From Oligoflexales bacterium (GTDB taxonomy: Bacteria; Bdellovibrionota_B; Oligoflexia; Oligoflexales; CAIYRB01), in NCBI GenBank assembly GCA_041736175.1, contig JBGSUI010000188.1, positions 25,829 to 89,828 on the forward strand: DNA of 64,000 nucleotides, written 5' to 3'. This document shows positions 17,716 to 27,512 of this stretch, in pieces. Under the pieces are notes generated by a model. That model was not told where the DNA came from. It saw only the letters and a program-made list of their open reading frames with translations, and made no database searches. A program made the position numbers and the translations under genes. Each line of letters begins with the position of its first letter. Positions within the stretch are counted from its first letter, which is position 1.

Positions 17716-19779
17716 CTAGTTGATCGGAACAAGGTAGTTTGTGATAAATTTGTACTTGTTTTCATACTTTTGGATATGGTCTCTGAGAATCACCTTCATA
17801 GCCTCCCCTTTTTCCTTTTCTAATTCTATAAGATTTCTCTCATTATCAGGATCTAAAAGTCGATTATAAAGTTCAAATTTCACACCCTCAGGAGTTGGCA
17901 TATAGATCAGTTTAAAGTCCTTGGTCATAATGGCCCTATGTTTCGCGGTAGTGATTATATTTTCGTACCTGTTATCTAACACCATTTCATTTGATCCCCC
18001 TTGATCAAAATCAAGAAGTCCCGAAATCCCGGGATAGTCTAGTCGATTCGCCTGAAAATGAGCGGCACCGGTTCTAGAAAACCATATTCCGGTTTCTGAA
18101 TAGGCATAGGTCCGCTCCATCCTTTCACCTCTTCCATAAATAGTATTTGAATAATCATAGCCACTCATAACATCGTCTTTTTGAAGCCCCATAATTCCCA
18201 TGAGTGTAGGCAACACATCAGAGGGTTGAGATAGACTATCAACTTTCTGCGCCTTGGGGAGGTGTCCTTTTGGAAGTTTAATGAATAGAGGCACCTTTAG
18301 CACCACTTCGCTTCGAAGGTGCTCACCATGCCCTTGTAAATGCTTGTCATCATAAATTTGCTCTCCATGATCAGCAGTGAATACGACCGTTGTTTGGTCC
18401 CATAAACCTTGATTTTTCAGAGATTTTTCAATCTCTCCTATCGAGTCATCAATGGCACGTAACGATCCCTTATAAAAGGCTCTAATCTGCGCTATATCCT
18501 CCGATTTAAAATCACTTCCTGTTACTTTGACTTCAGGGTCCTTTTTAAAAAGATAGGAACCTTTGTAGTCAGATTTAGAAAATAACCGGTAATAGGGTTC
18601 TGGCGCTGCATAAGGAAAATGGGCCGTAGAAAAAAACACTATCCCCAACCAGCGGTCATCTTTTAGGGACGAAATATGACTTAATGCTGCTTCTTGCAGA
18701 TGGACTGGGTCAGCTAGGGTAGGTGACTGCTTAAGTTCCTGAAAATATCGACTCAAGGGACCTTGGACAAAAAAGGGCAAAAATGCTGTGAATTGCTGGG
18801 TTACATTCATTTTGATCATTCCCGTGACGGTTAGGCTTGGTGTAAGGACATCATCAAAAGCTGCTTTAAATCGAGGAAAGATATCCCCGGCAAAATCCGA
18901 AATAATAAAGGTCTTGTACCCAGCCTTTTGAAAAACGTTCCCCATTCCTTTAAAGATATTGTCTCGGCTACGAAGCGAAGGAAACATATGGCGGATCCCT
19001 GTTTCCGAAGCATATTTGCCTGTTATTATTTCGATCCAGGACGGAAAAGTTCTAGGAATGCCCACCAGATGATCTTGGAATTCCACAGCTTCTGGTTCCT
19101 GGACCATTCTGAAAAGATTAGGCGTCGACTCTGAATTAAGAGAGTCATAGCGCAACGAATCAACAGCAATCAACAAAACATTGCCTAATTTTTCTGCTCT
19201 ACTTTCTCTAGCATTTTTCATTAACAAATATCCGATTCCAATGCTTATAAATACGAAACAAGAAAGGCTCACGATTCTCAATTTGCTCTTTGTACCATTA
19301 ATGATTTTGCTAAAGATTTTCCTCACAAAATTGACAAATAGATAGCCAAGCGGAGCCCCGTAGATAATTTTCCAAATGGTGCTCCCATGCAAAACATACG
19401 AAAGGCTACGAAGTGGATGATGAAGTGATATGGGGATAAAATCACAGAAATAACCCGGATAAGTCAAAAGACCAGCAAGAAAACTTAAACCAATAAAGGT
19501 TGACATGAGCAAAAAAACAATTAATCGTGATCGACCCTGATACAGGTTTCTGATGACAACTAGGTGAATAAAAACAATGAGGAATGCAACTAAAAGCACC
19601 ATAAGAAAATGCGTGAAAGCAACCCATGGATAAAAGCTTAATACCCCAAAAGCCAACATTGATACATCTTTTCCAAGAAACTCTGACGACTTGGAAAACA
19701 AAAGAGGCACGAGTATCCATATTAGTGTCACTACTAAGCTCATACCCAAATCATTTTTAATTTTACGAAGATCAATCAA
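17716..19779 (-). CDS. Multi-TM sulfatase-like (alkaline phosphatase superfamily) protein
   Basis: About 5 N-terminal TMs; VDSLRYD, RTFPSW (Thr), AHFPY, TADHGE, HGEHL, KVPLFI, ELYN...DP..E. Confidence 0.87.
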   Translation of the reverse strand: MIDLRKIKNDLGMSLVVTLIWILVPLLFSKSSEFLGKDVSMLAFGVLSFYPWVAFTHFLMVLLVAFLIVFIHLVVIRNLYQGRSRLIVFLLMSTFIGLSFLAGLLTYPGYFCDFIPISLHHPLRSLSYVLHGSTIWKIIYGAPLGYLFVNFVRKIFSKIINGTKSKLRIVSLSCFVFISIGIGYLLMKNARESRAEKLGNVLLIAVDSLRYDSLNSESTPNLFRMVQEPEAVEFQDHLVGIPRTFPSWIEIITGKYASETGIRHMFPSLRSRDNIFKGMGNVFQKAGYKTFIISDFAGDIFPRFKAAFDDVLTPSLTVTGMIKMNVTQQFTAFLPFFVQGPLSRYFQELKQSPTLADPVHLQEAALSHISSLKDDRWLGIVFFSTAHFPYAAPEPYYRLFSKSDYKGSYLFKKDPEVKVTGSDFKSEDIAQIRAFYKGSLRAIDDSIGEIEKSLKNQGLWDQTTVVFTADHGEQIYDDKHLQGHGEHLRSEVVLKVPLFIKLPKGHLPKAQKVDSLSQPSDVLPTLMGIMGLQKDDVMSGYDYSNTIYGRGERMERTYAYSETGIWFSRTGAAHFQANRLDYPGISGLLDFDQGGSNEMVLDNRYENIITTAKHRAIMTKDFKLIYMPTPEGVKFELYNRLLDPDNERNLIELEKEKGEAMKVILRDHIQKYENKYKFITNYLVPIN

Positions 19780-19914
19780 AAACCATCACCTCCCCTCATG
19801 GGATCAAACGACCATCTTGAGACTCACTCACCTCATAACATAAATTGTTATGGGATATCGGATCTATAGGAAATCCTACCAGGTTTGACCCGAATCTGGA
19901 TTTCTCCGAACATG

Positions 19915-20883
19915 TTATTTTTTAAGAACTCCTATTAGGGCCGTAAACGCTTCTTGGCTAATCTCTTCGCCTAAAAGCTTTGTCTTAATAAAACTGAGAG
20001 CCTCAAAAGGAGAGCGCCGATTCTGGTAGGAACGATTGGACGTCAATGCGTCAAAAATATCCGCTAAGGTCGCGATCTGAACCTCCATCAAAAGACTTTG
20101 GCTACCTAATCCATCAGGATATCCTGAGCCATTGCGCTTTTCATGGTGATGCAATACGATTTCTCTCGGTATATGGGAGAGGATAGACTCACGAATATTG
20201 AGCCACCCTGCTTTTGGATGCATCCGCAGCGTTTGCCATTCAACCTTGTTGAGAGCTCCCGGTTTATTTAAGAGGTCGAGGGAAACCTCTTTTTTGCCGA
20301 TATCGTGAAAGACTCCCCCTAGGGCTATTTCTTTAAGGTGGCTAGAATCAGATACGCCTAAACCTATAGCTATGGCGACGGCATAACTTGCGACTCTTAC
20401 ACTATGGCGGTAGGTATAACTATCGTGATCAACAAGATGCCTAAGCGCCTTAACACTGCTGGGGTCCTCTAAGACACAACTCGCTATCTCTCCAGCTATT
20501 TCCTTAGCTTTCTCTACGGTCGCCAAAGTCAGCTCACCCTCATAAAGACAACGCAGAAATTCGGTTCCCATGTGATCGATCAAATTGATTCGTTCCTGGG
20601 GAGAAGCGTTTTGCTGAATAGTGGGGAGTTTTGCTAACTGTTCATAGACCTTAACTTTATTTAGTTCATTAGATTTTACCAAAAGGACCTTATATCCAGC
20701 ATTTTGGAGATCCATAATTTCTTGGCGTACCCACCGATATCCAGAAGCTCCATATAGAATGGGTTCATTTCTGATAAAGAGAAACGTATCGAAATCAGTG
20801 ACAGAATTATCGATCATTCTGTCAATCGGGATTTCAACAAAAGAGCCAACACTTTGTAAGGCAGTGGAATGCTGACGCCCCAT
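19915..20883 (-). CDS. HD-GYP domain protein (putative c-di-GMP phosphodiesterase)
   Basis: TYRHSVRV, HDIGK, HHEKRNGSGYP, ADIFDALTSNRSY. Confidence 0.92.
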   Translation of the reverse strand: MGRQHSTALQSVGSFVEIPIDRMIDNSVTDFDTFLFIRNEPILYGASGYRWVRQEIMDLQNAGYKVLLVKSNELNKVKVYEQLAKLPTIQQNASPQERINLIDHMGTEFLRCLYEGELTLATVEKAKEIAGEIASCVLEDPSSVKALRHLVDHDSYTYRHSVRVASYAVAIAIGLGVSDSSHLKEIALGGVFHDIGKKEVSLDLLNKPGALNKVEWQTLRMHPKAGWLNIRESILSHIPREIVLHHHEKRNGSGYPDGLGSQSLLMEVQIATLADIFDALTSNRSYQNRRSPFEALSFIKTKLLGEEISQEAFTALIGVLKK

Positions 20884-21014
20884 AAATCCCCCTTTGTTGG
20901 AGTCCTATAGTGCTATCGGCTACTTTTGCAAAAATATTTCTCCTCTAATGAACACACCCCCAGATCAGATTGCTGAGCGGGGGTATGAGACTAACGATTT
21001 GGTAATAAAAGTGA

Positions 21015-21497
21015 TTACTTAAGAAACTTCTTCGAGACGTACTCACCTTCACCAATTTTACACCAATTCTTTTGGCATCCCCATGACTGGATTTTCGTAC
21101 CTTTTTTCAGGGTACGAACCACAGCATGTTTCGTGCCTGGTCCCTTACGGACATTTAACGCACCAACTTTGACCTCATGGTCAGTTGCACCAGCAGGAGC
21201 TGGTGCTTCGCTAGCTACAGCGGCAGGCTTATAGTCCTGTGCTGGGGCTGCGGGTTCTTGTCCTGGGCTAACGCTACCAAGGGCACCTGCAGCTGCAGGA
21301 TCAACTGCACCTGGCATTGCACCTGGCATTGCACCTGGCATTCCAGCGTCTGCGCCTGGAGCTTCTGGTAGTTTACCGCCTTCTTCTGCGCTTACTGGCT
21401 CTTGAGCTTTTTCATCATCTCCTGAGCATGACCAGCCCATAAAAGACAGTGCCGCTACTAATCCAAGTCTCAACATCATCGTTCCCGACCTCCTCAC
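21015..21497 (-). CDS. Lipoprotein with Pro/Ala-rich linker and C-terminal bacterial SH3 domain
   Basis: Lipobox-like GWSC; LNVRKGPGT...W.KI...YVS..FL SH3b pattern. Confidence 0.85.
   Translation of the reverse strand: MRRSGTMMLRLGLVAALSFMGWSCSGDDEKAQEPVSAEEGGKLPEAPGADAGMPGAMPGAMPGAVDPAAAGALGSVSPGQEPAAPAQDYKPAAVASEAPAPAGATDHEVKVGALNVRKGPGTKHAVVRTLKKGTKIQSWGCQKNWCKIGEGEYVSKKFLK
21306..21341. repeat. 3 x 12-bp tandem repeat (tgcacctggcat) encoding MPGA repeats
   Basis: Read directly from the sequence; lies within the SH3 lipoprotein linker. Confidence 0.9.
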
Positions 21498-21784
21498 TCG
21501 TCCATCTCTAGAACTGCCAAAAAAAATACTAATCTAATACTATGAAAAATGCTTTCAGAGGTCAATATCTCTTCATCATTTCACTCGCAATTTGTTAGCC
21601 CTTTACCCATTAAAATCTTGTAGGCAATCGATCTGACGTCCTGTTTAGTCGTTGGAAACCTATAAAATGATTCAGTTGAATGGAGAATTTAGACATTCTG
21701 CAAATGCCCATCGCTTTGGATCAACAGTTCCTATTTTTATTATTTAAGTATTAGTAGACAAACCTCATAGCGGTACGTCCCACT

Positions 21785-22879
21785 TTACTTTTGGGACCTT
21801 TGGGCCAGCCACCCATCCACCCCTATAAGGGTCGCAACTGAGATATTAGGCAGCCAGGCAGCAATAAATGGATGGAGATCTCCCCTTAAACCCATTGCTC
21901 GTCCGGCGCTTAAAATAACCCAATAACTGATACCCACAAAGAAAGCCATAAGGACCCCTTTCGCAGTATCAGCAGTCCTTTCTGATTTGTAACCAAACTT
22001 TAAGCCAATAAGACTTACAACCAACGCTGCAAAAGGGTAAGCAAACTTTCCTTGATAATCCATTTTAAAGGGGACCACATTGGCACCAGACCTTTCACCC
22101 CTAAAGATTGTCTCTTTAAGCTCCCCTAAGGACAATTCATTTGATTTCCGAGTATCTTCATTTAGCTTTAGAGGCTCCACGGGGAGATCTAGGGCGTACA
22201 CTTTGAGAAACTCACTTTTCCCCAGGCTCCTATCGTTTTGAATACGATTAACCAACGCTTCACTCATCTGCCAGCTTTTAAGTCCTTCATCGAAATAGGC
22301 CCGGTCTGACTCTAAAACCATTCGTGGATTGAATTGTAAATCCATAATAAGAACCTGGACTTTAAGGATTTCACTATTTACACCATCAAATTCTTTCCAA
22401 TGAATAAATCGATTGCCATCCCTTACCCATTTGCCACTGCCCATTTGTTCGCCTTGGCCCTTTTTTTCGATCTTAATACTCTGAATATAATTCACCTTTT
22501 TTGCGTAACGAGGTACTAAAAACTCATTAAGCGACATTGATATAAGGCTCACTAAGAGACCGCCAGCAATCAATGGCTTTGCTAGCTGGATTGGCCCTAG
22601 CCCAACTGCTCGCATTGCTGTTATCTCGTTGGTTCGATTTAACAACACCATACTAATGACGCCCCCCAAAAGACTACCAATGGGTAAGGCTTGAACCACT
22701 TGGTTAGGGATTTGAAATACGTAAAAGAGAAAAATATCACCTGGACTAGGGTTATATTCAGCAAAGTATTTTGTGGTTTTATGGATGAAGTCAAACAATA
22801 TAAACAAAAATATTGTCAATACAACCGTTCCAACAACGTATTTAAAATACTCTTTTAAACAATATTGAAATATTTTCAC
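21785..22879 (-). CDS. lptG: LPS export ABC transporter permease, LptG/LptF family
   Basis: 3 TM + periplasmic beta domain + 3 TM; NEITAMRAVG motif; LHPFIAAWLPN. Confidence 0.85.
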   Translation of the reverse strand: MKIFQYCLKEYFKYVVGTVVLTIFLFILFDFIHKTTKYFAEYNPSPGDIFLFYVFQIPNQVVQALPIGSLLGGVISMVLLNRTNEITAMRAVGLGPIQLAKPLIAGGLLVSLISMSLNEFLVPRYAKKVNYIQSIKIEKKGQGEQMGSGKWVRDGNRFIHWKEFDGVNSEILKVQVLIMDLQFNPRMVLESDRAYFDEGLKSWQMSEALVNRIQNDRSLGKSEFLKVYALDLPVEPLKLNEDTRKSNELSLGELKETIFRGERSGANVVPFKMDYQGKFAYPFAALVVSLIGLKFGYKSERTADTAKGVLMAFFVGISYWVILSAGRAMGLRGDLHPFIAAWLPNISVATLIGVDGWLAQRSQK

Positions 22880-22889
22880 TAATTAAGAC

Positions 22890-23324
22890 CTACCCTTTTG
22901 AGGATCCTTTTATATGAATTGCATGGGCTCTCAAAAAAGGCATCCCCTTCTTTCCTGATTCAACCATGCCGACAACCCCTATATGGGAACCTATTGCCAT
23001 TTTTTTATCATTGGACCCAATGACACTCGTTGTCGCCACAATCAGTCTATCTTCATGATCCCCTAAAACTAAATAGGTCTGATGGCTCCCGATTTCAAGC
23101 ACTCGGCCAGAGATCATAACAAACTTTTTTTCAACATGATCCATTCCAAGATGAACTTCTTTGAAACTAACTAATTCCGGCTTTATAAACAAAGTATGCC
23201 CGAACACACTGTAAAGGGTTTCGTCCAGTGACAACCCAATATTTTCTCCTCCCTTACACGAAAAAATGCCTAGTAGGACTGCTAATTGGGTAAATTTCCA
23301 CATTTTCCCTCCATTGGACATCAA
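22890..23324 (-). CDS. Hypothetical lipoprotein, OB-fold-like
   Basis: Lipobox-like IFSC; V.ISGRV...V.G.V....L.A.I OB-fold pattern. Confidence 0.55.
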   Translation of the reverse strand: MMSNGGKMWKFTQLAVLLGIFSCKGGENIGLSLDETLYSVFGHTLFIKPELVSFKEVHLGMDHVEKKFVMISGRVLEIGSHQTYLVLGDHEDRLIVATTSVIGSNDKKMAIGSHIGVVGMVESGKKGMPFLRAHAIHIKGSSKG

Positions 23325-23459
23325 CTGTGATTTACCTGCTGAGACTTACCCACATTGTAGCATAAGCGCCCTTAGCCCATGAGCTACTCAGGCAACTGTA
23401 TCGATAAGCAGGGACTTTTTGCCATTAGCCCAAACTACTCATATGTCTTGGACCGAAAT

Positions 23460-23488
23460 AAAAAAGCCGACCTAAAGCCGGCTTTTTT
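23460..23488. terminator. Bidirectional intrinsic terminator after rplQ
   Basis: aaaaaagccg-acctaaagc-cggctttttt hairpin with A/T tracts on both sides. Confidence 0.8.
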
Positions 23489-23506
23489 TATCTCTTTATA
23501 AATCTA

Positions 23507-23890
23507 TCATTTCACCTGAACATTAACTTTTCCATTGAAATCAACCAACTCGATCAGAGCCATTTCTGCTCCGTCACCAAATCTTGGGCCTTTTCTAAGG
23601 ATTCTCGTATACCCACCTGGCCGATCTTTAAAACGCACAGCAATATCGGAGAAAACCTTCCTTACGATCTCATCACTATAAATAAAAGACGCTGCGTTAC
23701 GTCTATGGTGCAGACTGCCTTTTTTTCCAAGAGTGATTAGCTTTTCGACGACAGCCCTTAGCTCTTTGGCTTTTGGTAAAGTCGTCTCAATCCTCTCATG
23801 CTCTAAAAGTGAGGTTGCCATATTTCGCAACATTGCTTTTCTATGGGAAGTCACTCTGCCTAATTTGCGGTAGCTCTTTAAATGTCTCAC
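23507..23890 (-). CDS. rplQ: 50S ribosomal protein L17
   Basis: MRH...[20 protein letters not shown]. Confidence 0.98.
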   Translation of the reverse strand: MRHLKSYRKLGRVTSHRKAMLRNMATSLLEHERIETTLPKAKELRAVVEKLITLGKKGSLHHRRNAASFIYSDEIVRKVFSDIAVRFKDRPGGYTRILRKGPRFGDGAEMALIELVDFNGKVNVQVK

Positions 23891-23907
23891 GATAACCTCA
23901 AACGCCC

Positions 23908-24921
23908 TTATTGTTTATTTTCATCTTCTTGTTTTCTGAGTGTCGATGGATCAAACCCATCGATCTTCATCCCCAAAGACAATCCCATCTCACTAAGGAT
24001 ATCTTTAATCTCATTGAGGGACTTTCTACCAAAATTCTTCGTCTTCAGCATTTCCTGTTCGCTCTTAGTAACCAATTCACCGATATATTTTATATTTGCG
24101 TTCTCTAGGCAGTTGGCTGCTCGGACACTTAGCTCCAACGAATCGACTGTTTTGAACAGATTTTCATTGAGAGCAGCACCTTTACCTAGGCGCTCTTCAC
24201 CACTTTTTGAGCCGGACTCCTCGGTTTCATCGAAATTGACAAAGATCGTCAACTGCTCCTTGAGTATTTTAGCTGCATAGGCAAGGGCATCGTCGGGACG
24301 CACAGCTCCATTGGTCCATATCTCAATAGTCAGTTTGTCGTAATCGGTCATCTGACCGACCCTAGCATTGGATACTTGATACGATACACGCCGTACAGGC
24401 GCAAAAATGGAGTCAATGGCTATCGTGCCTACCGGCAAATCTTCAGAGCGATTAAACTCCGCCGAAACATAACCCCTCCCATGCCGCACGATCATCTCCA
24501 TAGAGAGCTTTGCACCAGAATCGAGCACGGCCACGGTCTGTTCCGGATTTAGGATTTCGACCTCGCCACTACTCTCGATGTCCCCAGCCTTTACAATCTT
24601 GGGTCCGGTTGCCTCTAAGCGCATAATAGCATCACTGTCGCCCAGATACCGCAGATTGACTTGCTTTAAATTAAGAATAATATCGGTAACATCTTCCTTA
24701 ACTCCTGGTACCGTGGAAAACTCGTGCTCCACTCCCGCTATCCTGACCCCGACAATGGCGGCTCCATTGATACTGGACAACAGGACTCTCCTAAGGGAGT
24801 TACCCAATGTTATCCCGTAACCCCTCTCCAACGGCTTTGCAACAAACTTGCCGTAGTTTTCGGTTCTTATATCCGACTCTAGTGTCTTCGGCCGAATCAA
24901 ATCTTGCCAGTTACGATGCAT
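23908..24921 (-). CDS. rpoA: RNA polymerase alpha subunit
   Basis: [39 protein letters not shown]. Confidence 0.99.
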   Translation of the reverse strand: MHRNWQDLIRPKTLESDIRTENYGKFVAKPLERGYGITLGNSLRRVLLSSINGAAIVGVRIAGVEHEFSTVPGVKEDVTDIILNLKQVNLRYLGDSDAIMRLEATGPKIVKAGDIESSGEVEILNPEQTVAVLDSGAKLSMEMIVRHGRGYVSAEFNRSEDLPVGTIAIDSIFAPVRRVSYQVSNARVGQMTDYDKLTIEIWTNGAVRPDDALAYAAKILKEQLTIFVNFDETEESGSKSGEERLGKGAALNENLFKTVDSLELSVRAANCLENANIKYIGELVTKSEQEMLKTKNFGRKSLNEIKDILSEMGLSLGMKIDGFDPSTLRKQEDENKQ

Positions 24922-24970
24922 ACCGTGCCCATCCCAATTTTTAATCTTTACTCGAGATGATAAATTCTTA

Positions 24971-25597
24971 TCACTTAGAATACAACTCTACGATCAGTCT
25001 TTCTTTAACCGGCAGATGAATATCTTCTCTTGTTGGATTCGAGACTACCTTGCCTATCGACTTGCTATGATCGACCGAAAACCAGTTTAAGTTCGCTCTC
25101 TTACTATACAACTCAGCAGCCAATTGGAATAAGCCTTTCGACTTACTTTTCTCCACTACTCTGACTTCGTCACCAATACTAACCTGTGCACTTGGAATAT
25201 TACAACGCCTGCCATTAACCAGGATATGGTTATGACGCACCACTTGCCTTGCTTCACTGCGGCTTCGAGCAAATCCCATCCTATAGACGACGTTGTCCAA
25301 CCGAGTCTCTAGGTTTCGGAAAAAGATCTCGCTGGTGACTCCACGTTCCGCAACCGAACGATCAAAAGTCAGCCTAAACTGCTTCTCTAACATACCATAG
25401 ACCCGCTTCACCTTTTGTTTTTCACGAAGCTGGCTACCGAACTCAGATAGTTTCCCACGCTTTTGGCCATGCTGCCCAGGCCCATAGGCTCTCCGCTCGA
25501 TCGCACACTTATCTGTTTGGCACCGCATGCCCTTCAGAAAAAGCTTCACACCCTCCCGGCGGCAATGCCGGCATACAGGACCAATATACCTAGCCAA
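24971..25597 (-). CDS. rpsD: 30S ribosomal protein S4
   Basis: [34 protein letters not shown]. Confidence 0.98.
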   Translation of the reverse strand: MARYIGPVCRHCRREGVKLFLKGMRCQTDKCAIERRAYGPGQHGQKRGKLSEFGSQLREKQKVKRVYGMLEKQFRLTFDRSVAERGVTSEIFFRNLETRLDNVVYRMGFARSRSEARQVVRHNHILVNGRRCNIPSAQVSIGDEVRVVEKSKSKGLFQLAAELYSKRANLNWFSVDHSKSIGKVVSNPTREDIHLPVKERLIVELYSK

Positions 25598-25647
25598 TTT
25601 GACTCCTCCCGTTTGTATTCGTTTTCCCGCTCTATCTCGGGATTAAT

Positions 25648-26031
25648 TTAGACCCTACGACGCTTAGGTGGACGACACCCATTATGTGGTATTGGTGTGA
25701 CGTCTTTTAACATGCTCACCTTCATGCCGGCAGCCGCAATTGCTCTCACCGCACTTTCACGCCCTGCACCTGGACCATTAACGAGGACCGTACAGGTTCT
25801 CATTCCGGCATCCATCGCTTTTCGAGCAGCTTCTTCTGCTGCTACCTGCGCAGCAAAAGGAGTGCTCTTTCGGCTTCCTTTAAATCCCTTAGCTCCTGAT
25901 GTAGACCAGGACACAACATCTCCATTAACATCTGTAAACGTTATAATCGTGTTGTTGAAGGTAGCCTTCACATGGGCCACTCCGGTCGGGATGTTCTTTT
26001 TGGATTTTTTCTTCTTAACCACCGCTTTCAT
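25648..26031 (-). CDS. rpsK: 30S ribosomal protein S11
   Basis: [31 protein letters not shown]. Confidence 0.99.
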   Translation of the reverse strand: MKAVVKKKKSKKNIPTGVAHVKATFNNTIITFTDVNGDVVSWSTSGAKGFKGSRKSTPFAAQVAAEEAARKAMDAGMRTCTVLVNGPGAGRESAVRAIAAAGMKVSMLKDVTPIPHNGCRPPKRRRV

Positions 26032-26045
26032 GGCTTCTCCTAATC

Positions 26046-26426
26046 TTATTTACCAGCTGGCGCCTTTTTCTTACCGGCGACTGTTTTCCGAGGCCCTTTA
26101 CGAGTCCGGGAGTTTGTCTTCGAACGCTGCCCCCTTACTGGCAAGCCTTTTCGATGCCTTATCCCCCGATAGCAGCCCAAATCAACCAATCGTTTGATAT
26201 TGAGGGCTATCTCTCTACGTAAGTCCCCTTCTACAGTGAACTGATCCAGGGCCTTCCTGATTTCATTGACTTGATTTGGATCCAGTTCTGCTGCCTTCAT
26301 CAATGGATCCAACCGAGCGTTCTCTACAATCCTCCTCGCAACATGCGGGCCTACGCCATATATCGCCTGAAGAGCAATGTCAATTCTTTTATTGTTGGGT
26401 AAATCTACACCCGCTATTCGAGCCAT
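26046..26426 (-). CDS. rpsM: 30S ribosomal protein S13
   Basis: [25 protein letters not shown]. Confidence 0.99.
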   Translation of the reverse strand: MARIAGVDLPNNKRIDIALQAIYGVGPHVARRIVENARLDPLMKAAELDPNQVNEIRKALDQFTVEGDLRREIALNIKRLVDLGCYRGIRHRKGLPVRGQRSKTNSRTRKGPRKTVAGKKKAPAGK

Positions 26427-26450
26427 CCCATTTTCCTTCTTGCTTTGGAA

Positions 26451-26564
26451 TTATCCCTGTCTTTGTTTGTGCTTTTTATTCTCGCAGATAACCCTTACAA
26501 CCCCTGCTCTTTTAACGACTTTACATTTTTCGCAAATCGCTTTGACACTTGCTCTTACCTTCAT
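26451..26564 (-). CDS. rpmJ: 50S ribosomal protein L36 (Zn-binding type; not in ORF track)
   Basis: Manual translation [37 protein letters not shown]. Confidence 0.97.
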   Translation of the reverse strand: MKVRASVKAICEKCKVVKRAGVVRVICENKKHKQRQG

Positions 26565-26577
26565 AACCCCTCTCACC

Positions 26578-26796
26578 CTACTTGGTACGATATACGATTC
26601 TTCCCCTGGATAAATCATATGGCGATATTTCTAACTTAACCTTATCCCCTGGTAGTATTCTAATAAAATGCATCCGCATTTTACCGCTGATATGAGCCAA
26701 CACTTCATGTCCGTTATCTAACACAACTTTGAACATTGCGTTGGGCAATGGCTCCCTGACAGTTCCCTCTACTTCAATAACATCTTCTTTTGCCAT
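26578..26796 (-). CDS. infA: Translation initiation factor IF-1
   Basis: [28 protein letters not shown]. Confidence 0.99.
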   Translation of the reverse strand: MAKEDVIEVEGTVREPLPNAMFKVVLDNGHEVLAHISGKMRMHFIRILPGDKVKLEISPYDLSRGRIVYRTK

Positions 26797-26858
26797 GAGC
26801 CCCTACACTCTAATTCTTAAATCCACACCGTTTTTCAGCCTGCGCAACCCTACACTAT

Positions 26859-27512
26859 TTATCTATTGACTTCAAGTTGCAGATCATTCAACGTCCGCAA
26901 AAGCCGTTTATACACCTCTTCAGGCTCACCAGATCCCTTAATCCCATAGTGCAGACGTCTATCTTTATAGAAATCAACCACCGGAGACGTCTTTTCCTGA
27001 AAAACTTTGAGCCTAACCTGAATACTTTCTGCCTTGTCATCGTCTCTTTGGAATAACGACCCTCCACACCTGTCGCAACAGCCATCCTTTTGCGGCGGCG
27101 CTTCTACGAGATGGTAACTGGCGCCACATTGGGCGCACACCCGTCTCGCTGAGAGCCTTTTAACCAACTCACTTTCCTGCACCTCAAGGTTGAGGAAGGC
27201 CCCCACCGGATGTCTCAAACTCTCTAAACTTTTCGCTTGATGCACGGTCCTCGGAAAACCATCCAATATGATCGTTTCACCGAGTCCGATCGATTTGGTC
27301 GACTCTTCGATGAGCCCCACCAAAATCTCGTCTGGTACCAACTCCCCACGATCCATATAGGATTTAGCTTCCAAACCGATCGGGGACTCCTGCTTCACAT
27401 GCTGCCTCAAGACATCGCCTGTTGAAAGTTTGATGTAACCTAGGCGTTCCTGCAAATAACTGCCTTGAGTGCCTTTTCCTGCTCCTGGTGCTCCGCTTAG
27501 TATGATGATCAT
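26859..27512 (-). CDS. adk: Adenylate kinase (Zn-binding LID)
   Basis: GAPGAGKGT, LDGFPRT, CAQC...CDRC lid. Confidence 0.97.
   Translation of the reverse strand: MIIILSGAPGAGKGTQGSYLQERLGYIKLSTGDVLRQHVKQESPIGLEAKSYMDRGELVPDEILVGLIEESTKSIGLGETIILDGFPRTVHQAKSLESLRHPVGAFLNLEVQESELVKRLSARRVCAQCGASYHLVEAPPQKDGCCDRCGGSLFQRDDDKAESIQVRLKVFQEKTSPVVDFYKDRRLHYGIKGSGEPEEVYKRLLRTLNDLQLEVNR

Noticed and set aside
26797..26858. adk-infA spacer with 9-bp direct repeat ccctacact as a scar of map loss
   Set aside because: map is absent here, but that is common, and no convincing map remnant can be read.
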